IMG/VR virus record: IMGVR_UViG_3300049811_000327
Span: 1 to 55,830 of that record
DNA from: a virus
Taxonomy: Duplodnaviria; Caudoviricetes
Length of the DNA stretch: 55,830 nt
Reading direction: 5' to 3' (one strand)
The notes beneath the pieces are model-generated. The model made no database searches. It was given only the letters and a program-made list of their open reading frames with translations, and was not told the origin of the DNA. The translations under genes and the position numbers were made by a program. Positions within the stretch are counted from its first letter, which is position 1. Each line of letters opens with the position of its first letter. Of the stretch, positions 37,439 through 44,637 are shown piece after piece.

Positions 37439-37870
37439 ATGGCCGAGCGCCCATCTTGGGACGACTACTTCATGGGCATTACCTTTGCGGTCAGCAGGCG
37501 CAGCACGTGCGATCGTGCAAGAGTGGGGGCAATCATCGTCAAGGACCAAAGCATCCTCACGACAGGTTACAACGGCTCACCGAGCGGGCTGCCACATTGT
37601 GATGATGTTGGTCACCTAATGGTGGACGGTCACTGCGTGCGTACACTACACGCGGAGCAGAACGCGATCATCCAAGCTGCGCAGCACGGCGTCAGTATAC
37701 GCGGTGCGACAATCTATGTCACTCACCAACCGTGCTTGACATGCGCCAGAATGATCATCAATGCGGGCCTCGTGCGTGTCGTATACGCCGGCGACTACAT
37801 CGACGCGTACTCTGTCGAGTTCCTCGCTCAAGCTGGCGTGGCACTGCAGAAGATGACAGTTCCACAATAA
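37439..37870 (+). CDS. dCMP deaminase (ComEB-like)
   Basis: RPSWDDYFM, RSTCDR, TGYNG, HAEQNA, PCLTC. Confidence 0.93.
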   Translation: MAERPSWDDYFMGITFAVSRRSTCDRARVGAIIVKDQSILTTGYNGSPSGLPHCDDVGHLMVDGHCVRTLHAEQNAIIQAAQHGVSIRGATIYVTHQPCLTCARMIINAGLVRVVYAGDYIDAYSVEFLAQAGVALQKMTVPQ

Positions 37871-37874
37871 TCGA

Positions 37875-37932
37875 CGAACTTGGAAAATTTAACATTCCGG
37901 CCATGTACATTTCCCTAAAGGTGTGATATGAT
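37875..37932 (+). promoter_or_regulatory. Early promoter repeat P7
   Basis: TGTACA(37904)-N17-TATGAT(37927). Confidence 0.88.
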
Positions 37933-37983
37933 CTTCTCGTAAGCAAGATTCACCAAACGCACTCACGAAAGGCACACACGATC

Positions 37984-38370
37984 ATGGCACCCCTGGACAT
38001 CATCTTCATCACCCACATCGCTCATCGTTGGGACTCCACCAATCCTGGTAACCTGGTCTTCGAAGTCACCCCCGATCTCTTCCGCTATCCCAAGCCCAAG
38101 AATTACATCGTTGACACCAACCACGGTCTCATGATCGACGCTGGCACGATGCAGCTAGCAGGTGTCGACACGCGGTGGGTGCCTGTCGCTGGACACATTG
38201 GTCGAGCCAACCTCTACGCAGTCAAGGGCGAAATCAAGGACGTCCTCGAGCAGATCGCCAACGACACTTACTACGGCACCATCGAGAACGCCCGCAGCCA
38301 GCGAGAACGCGACGTTCGCATCATTCGCCAATTCGTCGCCAAGCGAATCCTGAGCATGGCGACCTCGTAA
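37984..38370 (+). CDS. Hypothetical protein (paralogue of 40900-41298)
   Basis: Shares LAG...PVAG.IG..N...IA.DT...NAR...ER.VR...IL..AT with 40900-41298. Confidence 0.75.
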   Translation: MAPLDIIFITHIAHRWDSTNPGNLVFEVTPDLFRYPKPKNYIVDTNHGLMIDAGTMQLAGVDTRWVPVAGHIGRANLYAVKGEIKDVLEQIANDTYYGTIENARSQRERDVRIIRQFVAKRILSMATS

Positions 38371-38400
38371 CGACCTACACATTTTCGAAAGAGACACATC

Positions 38401-38721
38401 ATGACCCCTAACACACCGATCATCAAGATCCTGGGCTTTCACCCACTCCACTTGGAGCTGCCTGCCTTGAACACGCCTGTCATGGCCGTCACCGTGCAGC
38501 TCCCGCCAAACCGCATCAAGCTGCTCGACCTCTCCAAAAGCGGACTGATGGATGGCCAGATCATCGCCGACCTGCCCACGATGAACATCTCGGTCACGCT
38601 GTCGGAACCGCTCACCATCTTTCAAATCGTCAGTACGATCACCACTTCACCAGAGTCCTGGGAAGGCATCTGGACCAAGGCGCAAGAGTACTTCGACGAG
38701 TGCCAGCCGATTCTCAAGTAA
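38401..38721 (+). CDS. Hypothetical protein
   Basis: 106 aa in the P7 cassette. Confidence 0.65.
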   Translation: MTPNTPIIKILGFHPLHLELPALNTPVMAVTVQLPPNRIKLLDLSKSGLMDGQIIADLPTMNISVTLSEPLTIFQIVSTITTSPESWEGIWTKAQEYFDECQPILK

Positions 38722-38739
38722 CTGCCAAAGGAGGCAACC

Positions 38740-39135
38740 ATGCCAACCACTTCTTCTGCATCGAGTGATAGTGTGGACGTCATCACGTTCTCGATCCCTC
38801 GTGTTGTCATAGAGGCTGCATTCTCCAGTTCGGTCAATACAGTTCTCAGTGGGCTGTTCAGTTCGTCGCGGACTGGGATCAACCCTGCCGGCTATAAGGC
38901 GGTGGAGAAGGCGATCACTGATTACGTTGAAGAAATGGCACTTCCCGAATCTGCCATCACTCGCATCAACGCAGTCATTGAAGAGGTTCTGCCAAAAGCG
39001 GTCGAGGCAGCGGTCAAGAATCGTGCCGGGACACTCATGGCCGAGATCATCAGATCTGGGGCGCTTGACGAGAGGATCGCTCAGGCGGTGGAGGCACGTT
39101 TGGTAGAAGCGCGTGGAGGGGGTATGTGGACCTGA
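38740..39135 (+). CDS. Hypothetical helical protein
   Basis: 131 aa; AAGGAGG RBS. Confidence 0.7.
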   Translation: MPTTSSASSDSVDVITFSIPRVVIEAAFSSSVNTVLSGLFSSSRTGINPAGYKAVEKAITDYVEEMALPESAITRINAVIEEVLPKAVEAAVKNRAGTLMAEIIRSGALDERIAQAVEARLVEARGGGMWT

Positions 39136-39206
39136 TCACGCGATGAAGCGTACGCCCGTACGGGGGGGAGAATGTGACCTTAACCATACCCAAAACGAAC
39201 TCTGGA

Positions 39207-39264
39207 CGAACTTGGAAAATTTAACATTCCGGCTATGTACATTTACCGAAATGTGTGATATGAT
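39207..39264 (+). promoter_or_regulatory. Early promoter repeat P8
   Basis: TGTACA(39236)-N17-TATGAT(39259). Confidence 0.88.
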
Positions 39265-39315
39265 CAATCTGTCAGTGAGATTCAAATCCAACCCAATCAC
39301 GAAAGGCACACTCCA

Positions 39316-40038
39316 ATGAAACCCTTCACTAGCTCGCAGGTCACCGTCGGCTCCACCATCTTCGCTCAATCAACTTCAGCTCGCATCAGCGGCAACTGGG
39401 TCGCAATCTTCGACAAACTGACCATCGCATTCATCACTCCCACCGGTCGCATCAATGCAGATGGCCCCCGCGGAAGAGCCACCTTCGCTCCCAACGGTTA
39501 CAACAAGTGCGCCGAGCCCTTTGGTAAGACTCGCAACATCTACACCAGCGTCTATGTCGCCGAGAACAGCGCCGAAGTCGAGAAGGCCGAAAGCGATAGG
39601 TGCATTTGGGAAGCCGAGACGAAGGCCGCGAGAGAGGCAGCGGCTGCGGAGAAAGCGAAGCGGTTCGACGATCGGATGGCGAAGATGGCTGAGGAGAAGG
39701 CAGCCGCGATGGCAGCCAACCAGAATCCGATCGCCGCCAGCATCTTCGGCACCCCCTTCTGGACCGTGAAGATCACCACTTGCGAAGGCTACGAGCGAGA
39801 CGTCGTCTTCACGATGACTCCCTCGATGACTGTCGACTGGACGATCGAGTCGACTGAGCCCATCAAGAAGGCGACTGTCGAAGTCGAAGGTTGGATGGCA
39901 GCTCACCCCAATCGGCCTCGCAGCACCTACAACTTCTCACTGGCCACGGCGATCGTCACCGAGGGAAAGAGTCCTTCACAGGTCGTCTTCGAGACGGTCA
40001 CTGCCCTCATCGAGAGACTCTACACCACCTCGATCTGA
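39316..40038 (+). CDS. Hypothetical protein with central coiled coil
   Basis: 240 aa with ACGAAAGGCACACTCCAATG leader. Confidence 0.72.
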   Translation: MKPFTSSQVTVGSTIFAQSTSARISGNWVAIFDKLTIAFITPTGRINADGPRGRATFAPNGYNKCAEPFGKTRNIYTSVYVAENSAEVEKAESDRCIWEAETKAAREAAAAEKAKRFDDRMAKMAEEKAAAMAANQNPIAASIFGTPFWTVKITTCEGYERDVVFTMTPSMTVDWTIESTEPIKKATVEVEGWMAAHPNRPRSTYNFSLATAIVTEGKSPSQVVFETVTALIERLYTTSI

Positions 40039-40058
40039 TCGAACCTCTCCACCATCAC

Positions 40059-40088
40059 AGACCCCCTCCCTCGAGGGGGTTTTCTTTT
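40059..40088 (+). terminator. Intrinsic terminator
   Basis: AGACCCCCTC-CCTC-GAGGGGGTTT followed by TCTTTT. Confidence 0.8.
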
Positions 40089-40129
40089 GCGTTTCCCGCG
40101 CGTGTGCGTGTGCGTAAGGGAAGCACTTG

Positions 40130-40258
40130 TCACCAGAGACTCCAGGAGTGACTCAGAGACCTTTTGTTACTTTGATGTAGGATCTATCATCCGTGGTAGT
40201 AGAAAGTGACGGCGAGGCTCTGAGTGACACAGAGAGGTAACCTTATTTAACTGCTAAC
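40130..40258. repeat. Dispersed palindromic element, copy h (core GATGTAGGATCTATCATC at 40174-40191), with accessory motif at 40235-40254
   Basis: CCAGGAGTGACTCAG and CTCTGAGTGACACAG arms. Confidence 0.8.
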
Positions 40259-40300
40259 TTAGCCTATGCGGGGGAAGAGGCGACCTACAAGCCTTTCCAA

Positions 40301-40358
40301 CGAACTCCGAAAATTTAACATTCCGGCTATGTACATTTACCGAAAAGTGTGATATGAT
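40301..40358 (+). promoter_or_regulatory. Early promoter repeat P9
   Basis: TGTACA(40330)-N17-TATGAT(40353). Confidence 0.88.
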
Positions 40359-40409
40359 CAATCTGTAAGTGAGATTCAAACCCACCCAATTTACGAAAGG
40401 AACCTACCG

Positions 40410-40715
40410 ATGAAATTCTCCACCAACGTCAGCAGCCGCATGATCAAGATCGAAATGAAGAGCACCGAAGCTTCTGCTTCAGTGGAAATCTGGTGCAACT
40501 TCGGCCAATACGGCTCCGCCTTCTGGGCTCCCGCAGAGATGCAGGTGTTCGCACGGGAGACCAAGAGCTACAGCGCAGTCGCAGAGCTGGTCGCCAAGGC
40601 AGCCGCAATCTGTGAGACCGTGAACACCATCGTCAGCCACGTTATGAGTCTGACCCCCGAGATGGTCGAGGAAGTAGAGCGTTTCCTGAACGCGGAGCTG
40701 GGGGCCATCCGCTAA
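40410..40715 (+). CDS. Hypothetical protein
   Basis: 101 aa with ACGAAAGGAAC leader. Confidence 0.72.
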   Translation: MKFSTNVSSRMIKIEMKSTEASASVEIWCNFGQYGSAFWAPAEMQVFARETKSYSAVAELVAKAAAICETVNTIVSHVMSLTPEMVEEVERFLNAELGAIR

Positions 40716-40750
40716 CCACAAGCACTCAGCCGCCTATCAACGGCAACTAC

Positions 40751-40784
40751 GCCCCCTGGTTTCATCGCCAGGGGGTTTTTCTTT
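40751..40784 (+). terminator. Intrinsic terminator
   Basis: GCCCCCTGG...CCAGGGGGT followed by TTTTCTTT. Confidence 0.8.
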
Positions 40785-40791
40785 CCCCCAA

Positions 40792-40849
40792 CGAACTCGG
40801 AAAATTTAACATTCCGGCTATGTACATTTACCGAAATGTGTGATATGAT
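40792..40849 (+). promoter_or_regulatory. Early promoter repeat P10
   Basis: TGTACA(40821)-N17-TATGAT(40844). Confidence 0.88.
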
Positions 40850-40899
40850 CTACTTGTAAGTCAGAAACAAACCAACCACTCACGAAGGAGCACACTCAA

Positions 40900-41298
40900 A
40901 TGGCAACTCTCACCAACTTCTCCACCGTCTTCTCAATGAGCTTCTCCACCAAGGCAACCAACAAGGCAGGCGTCACCTTCACCACCACCAACACCGTGAT
41001 GACCGCCAACGGACCGATTCGGAACTTCATGGCAGTCACCAACATCGGGATCGTCGCCTCAAGCGGACTCCTCGAACTCGCCGGCCTCAGCACCTACAAC
41101 CTGCCGGTGGCGGGAAACATTGGCGGTTCCAACGTCTTCAGACTCCACCACGCAGAGACGTTCAATGCACTCACACGGATCGCCGAGGATACTGGCAACC
41201 TCAACATGTTGAACGCTCGCAACGACATGGAGCGCGAGGTTCGGCAGCGCCGCATGATTATCGCCCAACTCATCTTGGAACTGGCTACCAACAACTAA
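40900..41298 (+). CDS. Hypothetical protein (paralogue of 37984-38370)
   Basis: 132 aa with CACGAAGGAGCACACTC leader. Confidence 0.75.
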   Translation: MATLTNFSTVFSMSFSTKATNKAGVTFTTTNTVMTANGPIRNFMAVTNIGIVASSGLLELAGLSTYNLPVAGNIGGSNVFRLHHAETFNALTRIAEDTGNLNMLNARNDMEREVRQRRMIIAQLILELATNN

Positions 41299-41320
41299 CC
41301 ACTGTCAGTCTTAGGCCTCT

Positions 41321-41349
41321 AGCCCCCTCAAGAGAGGGGGTTTTTCTTT
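41321..41349 (+). terminator. Intrinsic terminator ending the rightward region
   Basis: AGCCCCCTC-AAGA-GAGGGGGTT followed by TTTCTTT. Confidence 0.8.
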
Positions 41350-41429
41350 GCTCCCGCACGGGTGTGTAGGGGCGTTACAATCTGAGGTAAAACTCGGTGA
41401 CACAAGATGGCCTCGACGCAGAAAAGTAA

Positions 41430-41520
41430 AAACCTCCCAGTCACTCGCCCGTTTCGAAGATGTGTATCCTATCATCTCGTACGGTTCCAAGTGACTGAGA
41501 GGCCCTGGTAGGCCCAGGTC
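41430..41520. repeat. Dispersed palindromic element, copy i (core GATGTGTATCCTATCATC at 41459-41476)
   Basis: CTCCCAGTCACT and AGTGACTGAGAG inverted arms; lies where the two transcription directions converge. Confidence 0.8.
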
Positions 41521-41531
41521 TAGGTCTCTGC

Positions 41532-41921
41532 TTACTCGATCAGTTGCTCATAAAGTTCGCTGGTGTTCACCTTGCTCGTCTTTGCCTCAGGCGCATCGCC
41601 ATCTTCACACACGGCGTGCGTACCCAAACCGGGCTCGAACACGGTAGTGATGGGCATGGGGCAAACGTCCTTCCAAAGCCAAGTGTCTGTACCCTGAAGA
41701 ACGCAGAACACAAGGACTGGAGGGTAGCCTGGCAGCGGGACACTCTTGAGGTCGGCGCCAAGAGGGCAGAGCTGCTTCCAGATGACCCACGAGCTCTCCT
41801 GGGCCTCGGCACGTGGAGAGGTGATTGGCTCTTCATCCGTTTGGGCAGAGGCACCCAGGAACGGCATGAGCAGCGCCAAGAGGATGACGATCGTCAGCAT
41901 GAAGCGGATCTTGGTTCGCAT
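41532..41921 (-). CDS. Secreted protein with two W-K-xx-CP repeats
   Basis: Signal-peptide-like N-terminus (ASA); WKQLCP and WKDVCP; AAAGGA RBS. Confidence 0.6.
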   Translation of the reverse strand: MRTKIRFMLTIVILLALLMPFLGASAQTDEEPITSPRAEAQESSWVIWKQLCPLGADLKSVPLPGYPPVLVFCVLQGTDTWLWKDVCPMPITTVFEPGLGTHAVCEDGDAPEAKTSKVNTSELYEQLIE

Positions 41922-41939
41922 GATAGGGGATCCTTTGCT

Positions 41940-42296
41940 CTAGATAGACTCAACCAGGAGGGCGTCGGGGAGTGCCTCCTGGACACTAACTTCGTTGTCG
42001 ATGATGGACAGGATGATGTTGACCGCGTAGGCAACGAACTCATCCCTCGTCATCATCATGGAGCCGCCAAAGTAGTCGTACACCCAGCTGGCGATGGGAG
42101 CAATCGTCTCTGGGGTCGCAACACGACCAACGAGACGGACAACCCAAGCGAGGAGAATGTCGATGGTCTCAGCATCCTCTCCATCTTCCGTTGGTCGCAT
42201 CAGCCTGATGAGGACGAACCCAAGCATGATGAGAATCGCGACCAGAAGGGTGACGATGAGCGCCGTATCGAGTGGTGAAATGGACAAATGTTGCAT
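41940..42296 (-). CDS. Membrane protein, holin candidate
   Basis: One long N-terminal TM helix; AAGGAGG RBS; lysis-region position. Confidence 0.45.
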   Translation of the reverse strand: MQHLSISPLDTALIVTLLVAILIMLGFVLIRLMRPTEDGEDAETIDILLAWVVRLVGRVATPETIAPIASWVYDYFGGSMMMTRDEFVAYAVNIILSIIDNEVSVQEALPDALLVESI

Positions 42297-42336
42297 GAAC
42301 AGGTGGCCCTCCTTGGGGCCAAAGGTACAGAGTCAT

Positions 42337-43146
42337 TCAGTTGGGGGTGCGACGGTAGACGTCCACCATTTCGCGAATCGAACTCGTCGAACGAGACATT
42401 GCCTTCTTGAGAGCCTCATCGGGAGTTGACCCTTCCGAGAGTGCTTGCCAAAATGCTTTCGTGAAGAGTGCTGCTCCAGAGTTGTCGATCGGAGCACGCA
42501 TCGCCACAACGAATGGAACAACAGCAAGGAGACGACCAACGCCAGTGGATTCACATCCGGCAATCACCAAAACTTTGACGCCGTCGAGGCGATCCGAGAG
42601 CCAAAGAGCGTCAACAACTCTGTCCGAAAACTTCACCCCAGTCGGATTGGCATGAACTGACAAGTGGAGGTTCTCGATAGGCGCACCAGCTGCTCTCCTG
42701 TCACCCAGAATCGTCTCTAAGGCTTTAGCCGTGACGTCATTTATAACCTCTAACCTTACGTTCGGCAAGCCTCTCAGGAGCATCAGGTCCTCCGTGAGCA
42801 TGTGATCATTTCCGATGGCCAAGACGAGACTGAAGTCATCTTGAGAAGTCTTGACTAACGTCTTGGGATTGGGTCGTTTAGATCGTTCCCTTTGGGTACG
42901 CTCAAGTTCAAGCTCCAACTGGTGAACACGCTCACGAAGCTCAACGATCTCCGCCTGTTTTTCGACAAGCATTGTCTGCAGCAAAGCTTGCTCTGTCTCA
43001 AGCTTCAAGACGCGCTTGGTCAGTGCAACCTCTTTACTTTCGACAATCGGAAGTCGCTGAGCTCGCCAGAGAGCAACGACGACTGAGATCAATGACGCAA
43101 TCAGTGTGATAACGAACAAGTAGGTGATTTGGTTAGATGTTAGCAT
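42337..43146 (-). CDS. Membrane-anchored coiled-coil protein with CHAT (caspase-fold) domain
   Basis: TM helix, coiled coil, then LHLSVHA...VLVIAGCES...VVAM...IDNSGAALFTKAFWQALSEG. Confidence 0.75.
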   Translation of the reverse strand: MLTSNQITYLFVITLIASLISVVVALWRAQRLPIVESKEVALTKRVLKLETEQALLQTMLVEKQAEIVELRERVHQLELELERTQRERSKRPNPKTLVKTSQDDFSLVLAIGNDHMLTEDLMLLRGLPNVRLEVINDVTAKALETILGDRRAAGAPIENLHLSVHANPTGVKFSDRVVDALWLSDRLDGVKVLVIAGCESTGVGRLLAVVPFVVAMRAPIDNSGAALFTKAFWQALSEGSTPDEALKKAMSRSTSSIREMVDVYRRTPN

Positions 43147-43507
43147 CTCCACCCCACTGGATAGCGAAGATCTCTGCGAGCATCACGACGGCAAATGAAG
43201 CATTCACCAATAGTGACGTTGGACTCATTGTCGCTGCAGCAAGAACGACCCACATCGTCATTGACAATGCAGAGACGATTCGGCCGAAGAGAGAAGATCG
43301 CAAAGGCTCTTTCCTCGTCTTGAACAGCATCACACCGAGAATGATCATGATGATGCCATAGACGTGCGGTTCGAAGAAACGCAATGGAGAGACTGATTGC
43401 GCAAAGATTGGAAACACTCGCGGAAGGCCGACCGCAAGTGTGATCCAAGCCGCGAGCTTTCTGACCTGAGGGCCACTTGGTGGAGTGATCGCCGCTTTTA
43501 ATGTCAT
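43133..43507 (-). CDS. Multi-pass membrane protein, holin candidate
   Basis: 124 aa with 3-4 hydrophobic helices. Confidence 0.55.
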   Translation of the reverse strand: MTLKAAITPPSGPQVRKLAAWITLAVGLPRVFPIFAQSVSPLRFFEPHVYGIIMIILGVMLFKTRKEPLRSSLFGRIVSALSMTMWVVLAAATMSPTSLLVNASFAVVMLAEIFAIQWGGDANI

Positions 43508-43812
43508 CGTCGGAACATCCCAAAGAGAATGATTGAGCTTGTTAGGACATTACTCACTGCAACAAGTGCAAGCCCAACGGTATAGATGGTCCAGTGTGCG
43601 ACAGAAGAGTTGTCCCATTGCCAACCAAACCATATTGCAAAGACGATACCTGTGATCCCAAAGCCAATACACACGGGGATGTATTGCCGTGAGACGCGGT
43701 GTGTAGTAACCCACACCATCGATGCAGATGTCATGAAGAACGTGCACCCGATCACGATCACCCACAGCAACTTACGGATGAACTGCAGGTCTAAGAGCGT
43801 TGCCGGTGTCAT
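43504..43812 (-). CDS. Three-TM membrane protein, holin candidate
   Basis: 102 aa; ATGA overlaps on both sides. Confidence 0.55.
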   Translation of the reverse strand: MTPATLLDLQFIRKLLWVIVIGCTFFMTSASMVWVTTHRVSRQYIPVCIGFGITGIVFAIWFGWQWDNSSVAHWTIYTVGLALVAVSNVLTSSIILFGMFRR

Positions 43813-44123
43813 TGTGGGCCGTCGATGACTTGGAGAAAACGCGCGCTGACCCAACCGCTGAAAGTCTTTCGTTCCCAAACAGTGGATGTTCGCGCGGCTT
43901 TCACACTACTCTTCAAGTGGTCATCGGAGTAAGCATACTTTGCGTCGTCTGGTGTCACCCAGCCATCCATCTCAATCTTAACCCAAGCACCAGTGGGGTC
44001 AGCAGTAACGCGAACGATGCTGTGCTTCATGATTGTGATGATGCGCTTGTAGGTCGTTCCCGGACCGTCACGCAAGATAAGGTTCGCAGTCGCTGTCGCT
44101 TGTGAATCGTGGACCAGTTTCAT
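43809..44123 (-). CDS. Stand-alone bacterial SH3 (SH3b) domain protein
   Basis: NLILRDGPGTTY...WVKI...GWVSARFL. Confidence 0.75.
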   Translation of the reverse strand: MKLVHDSQATATANLILRDGPGTTYKRIITIMKHSIVRVTADPTGAWVKIEMDGWVTPDDAKYAYSDDHLKSSVKAARTSTVWERKTFSGWVSARFLQVIDGPQ

Positions 44124-44341
44124 TTCGATGCCTCGACGTTGGGAACAATCTGAATCATAGCAACGATCAGTCCATCAGCGATTTGAGGCGTCGCCTGTAG
44201 CTGACAGTTCTGCGCTTCCAACACAGCTTGGATTCCAGCTCGAACTGCCTCTATCCGACGCTGACGGTCAGCAATGATCAGCCTATTCAACTCGTCTGCC
44301 GTGAGAGGAGTGCTCGTCTGCTTTGCGTTTGATTGTGTCAT
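44120..44341 (-). CDS. Small hypothetical protein
   Basis: 73 aa; coupled overlaps. Confidence 0.6.
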   Translation of the reverse strand: MTQSNAKQTSTPLTADELNRLIIADRQRRIEAVRAGIQAVLEAQNCQLQATPQIADGLIVAMIQIVPNVEASK

Positions 44342-44628
44342 TTTGGCACCGTATTCACAATGCGCATCAGGCGTGTTGCCGCCGTGCCGGAGGTGTATTC
44401 GCCTAACGCTGTATTGACCTCGGCCAGCGCATTTTTGGCCGCTGTCATTTCAGTAACCGTGACGTGTGCAAACTCCGACAACTCGGCGTAGTCGGCATCT
44501 GTCAACGACGCCATGCCTTCGGCGGCATACATTGCAACCGCTACCACCAACCGGTTCTTGATCCGCAGCATATCGAACGCCAGAGATTGCATCTCGCTGG
44601 CTAGGTTCTTCTGCACATTCTGCATCAT
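44338..44628 (-). CDS. Hypothetical protein downstream of the tail fibre
   Basis: 96 aa; AGGAG RBS. Confidence 0.6.
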   Translation of the reverse strand: MMQNVQKNLASEMQSLAFDMLRIKNRLVVAVAMYAAEGMASLTDADYAELSEFAHVTVTEMTAAKNALAEVNTALGEYTSGTAATRLMRIVNTVPK

Positions 44629-44637
44629 GTGTGTCTC

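Noticed and set aside
13900-40849. Promoter repeats as Xer/dif (pdif-like) sites: the reverse strand contains ATGTTAAAT, as in the XerD arm TTATGTTAAAT
   Set aside because: The dyad spacing is CAT-N7-ATG, against N10 in dif; the inner TTA/TAA bases are missing; all copies are direct, and the promoter geometry explains the sequence.
13900-40849. Promoter repeats plus the Cas4-like gene as a CRISPR system
   Set aside because: The repeats are separated by 0.5-13 kb of genes, not 30-40-bp spacers; no cas1 or cas2 is present; solo Cas4-like nucleases are common in phages.
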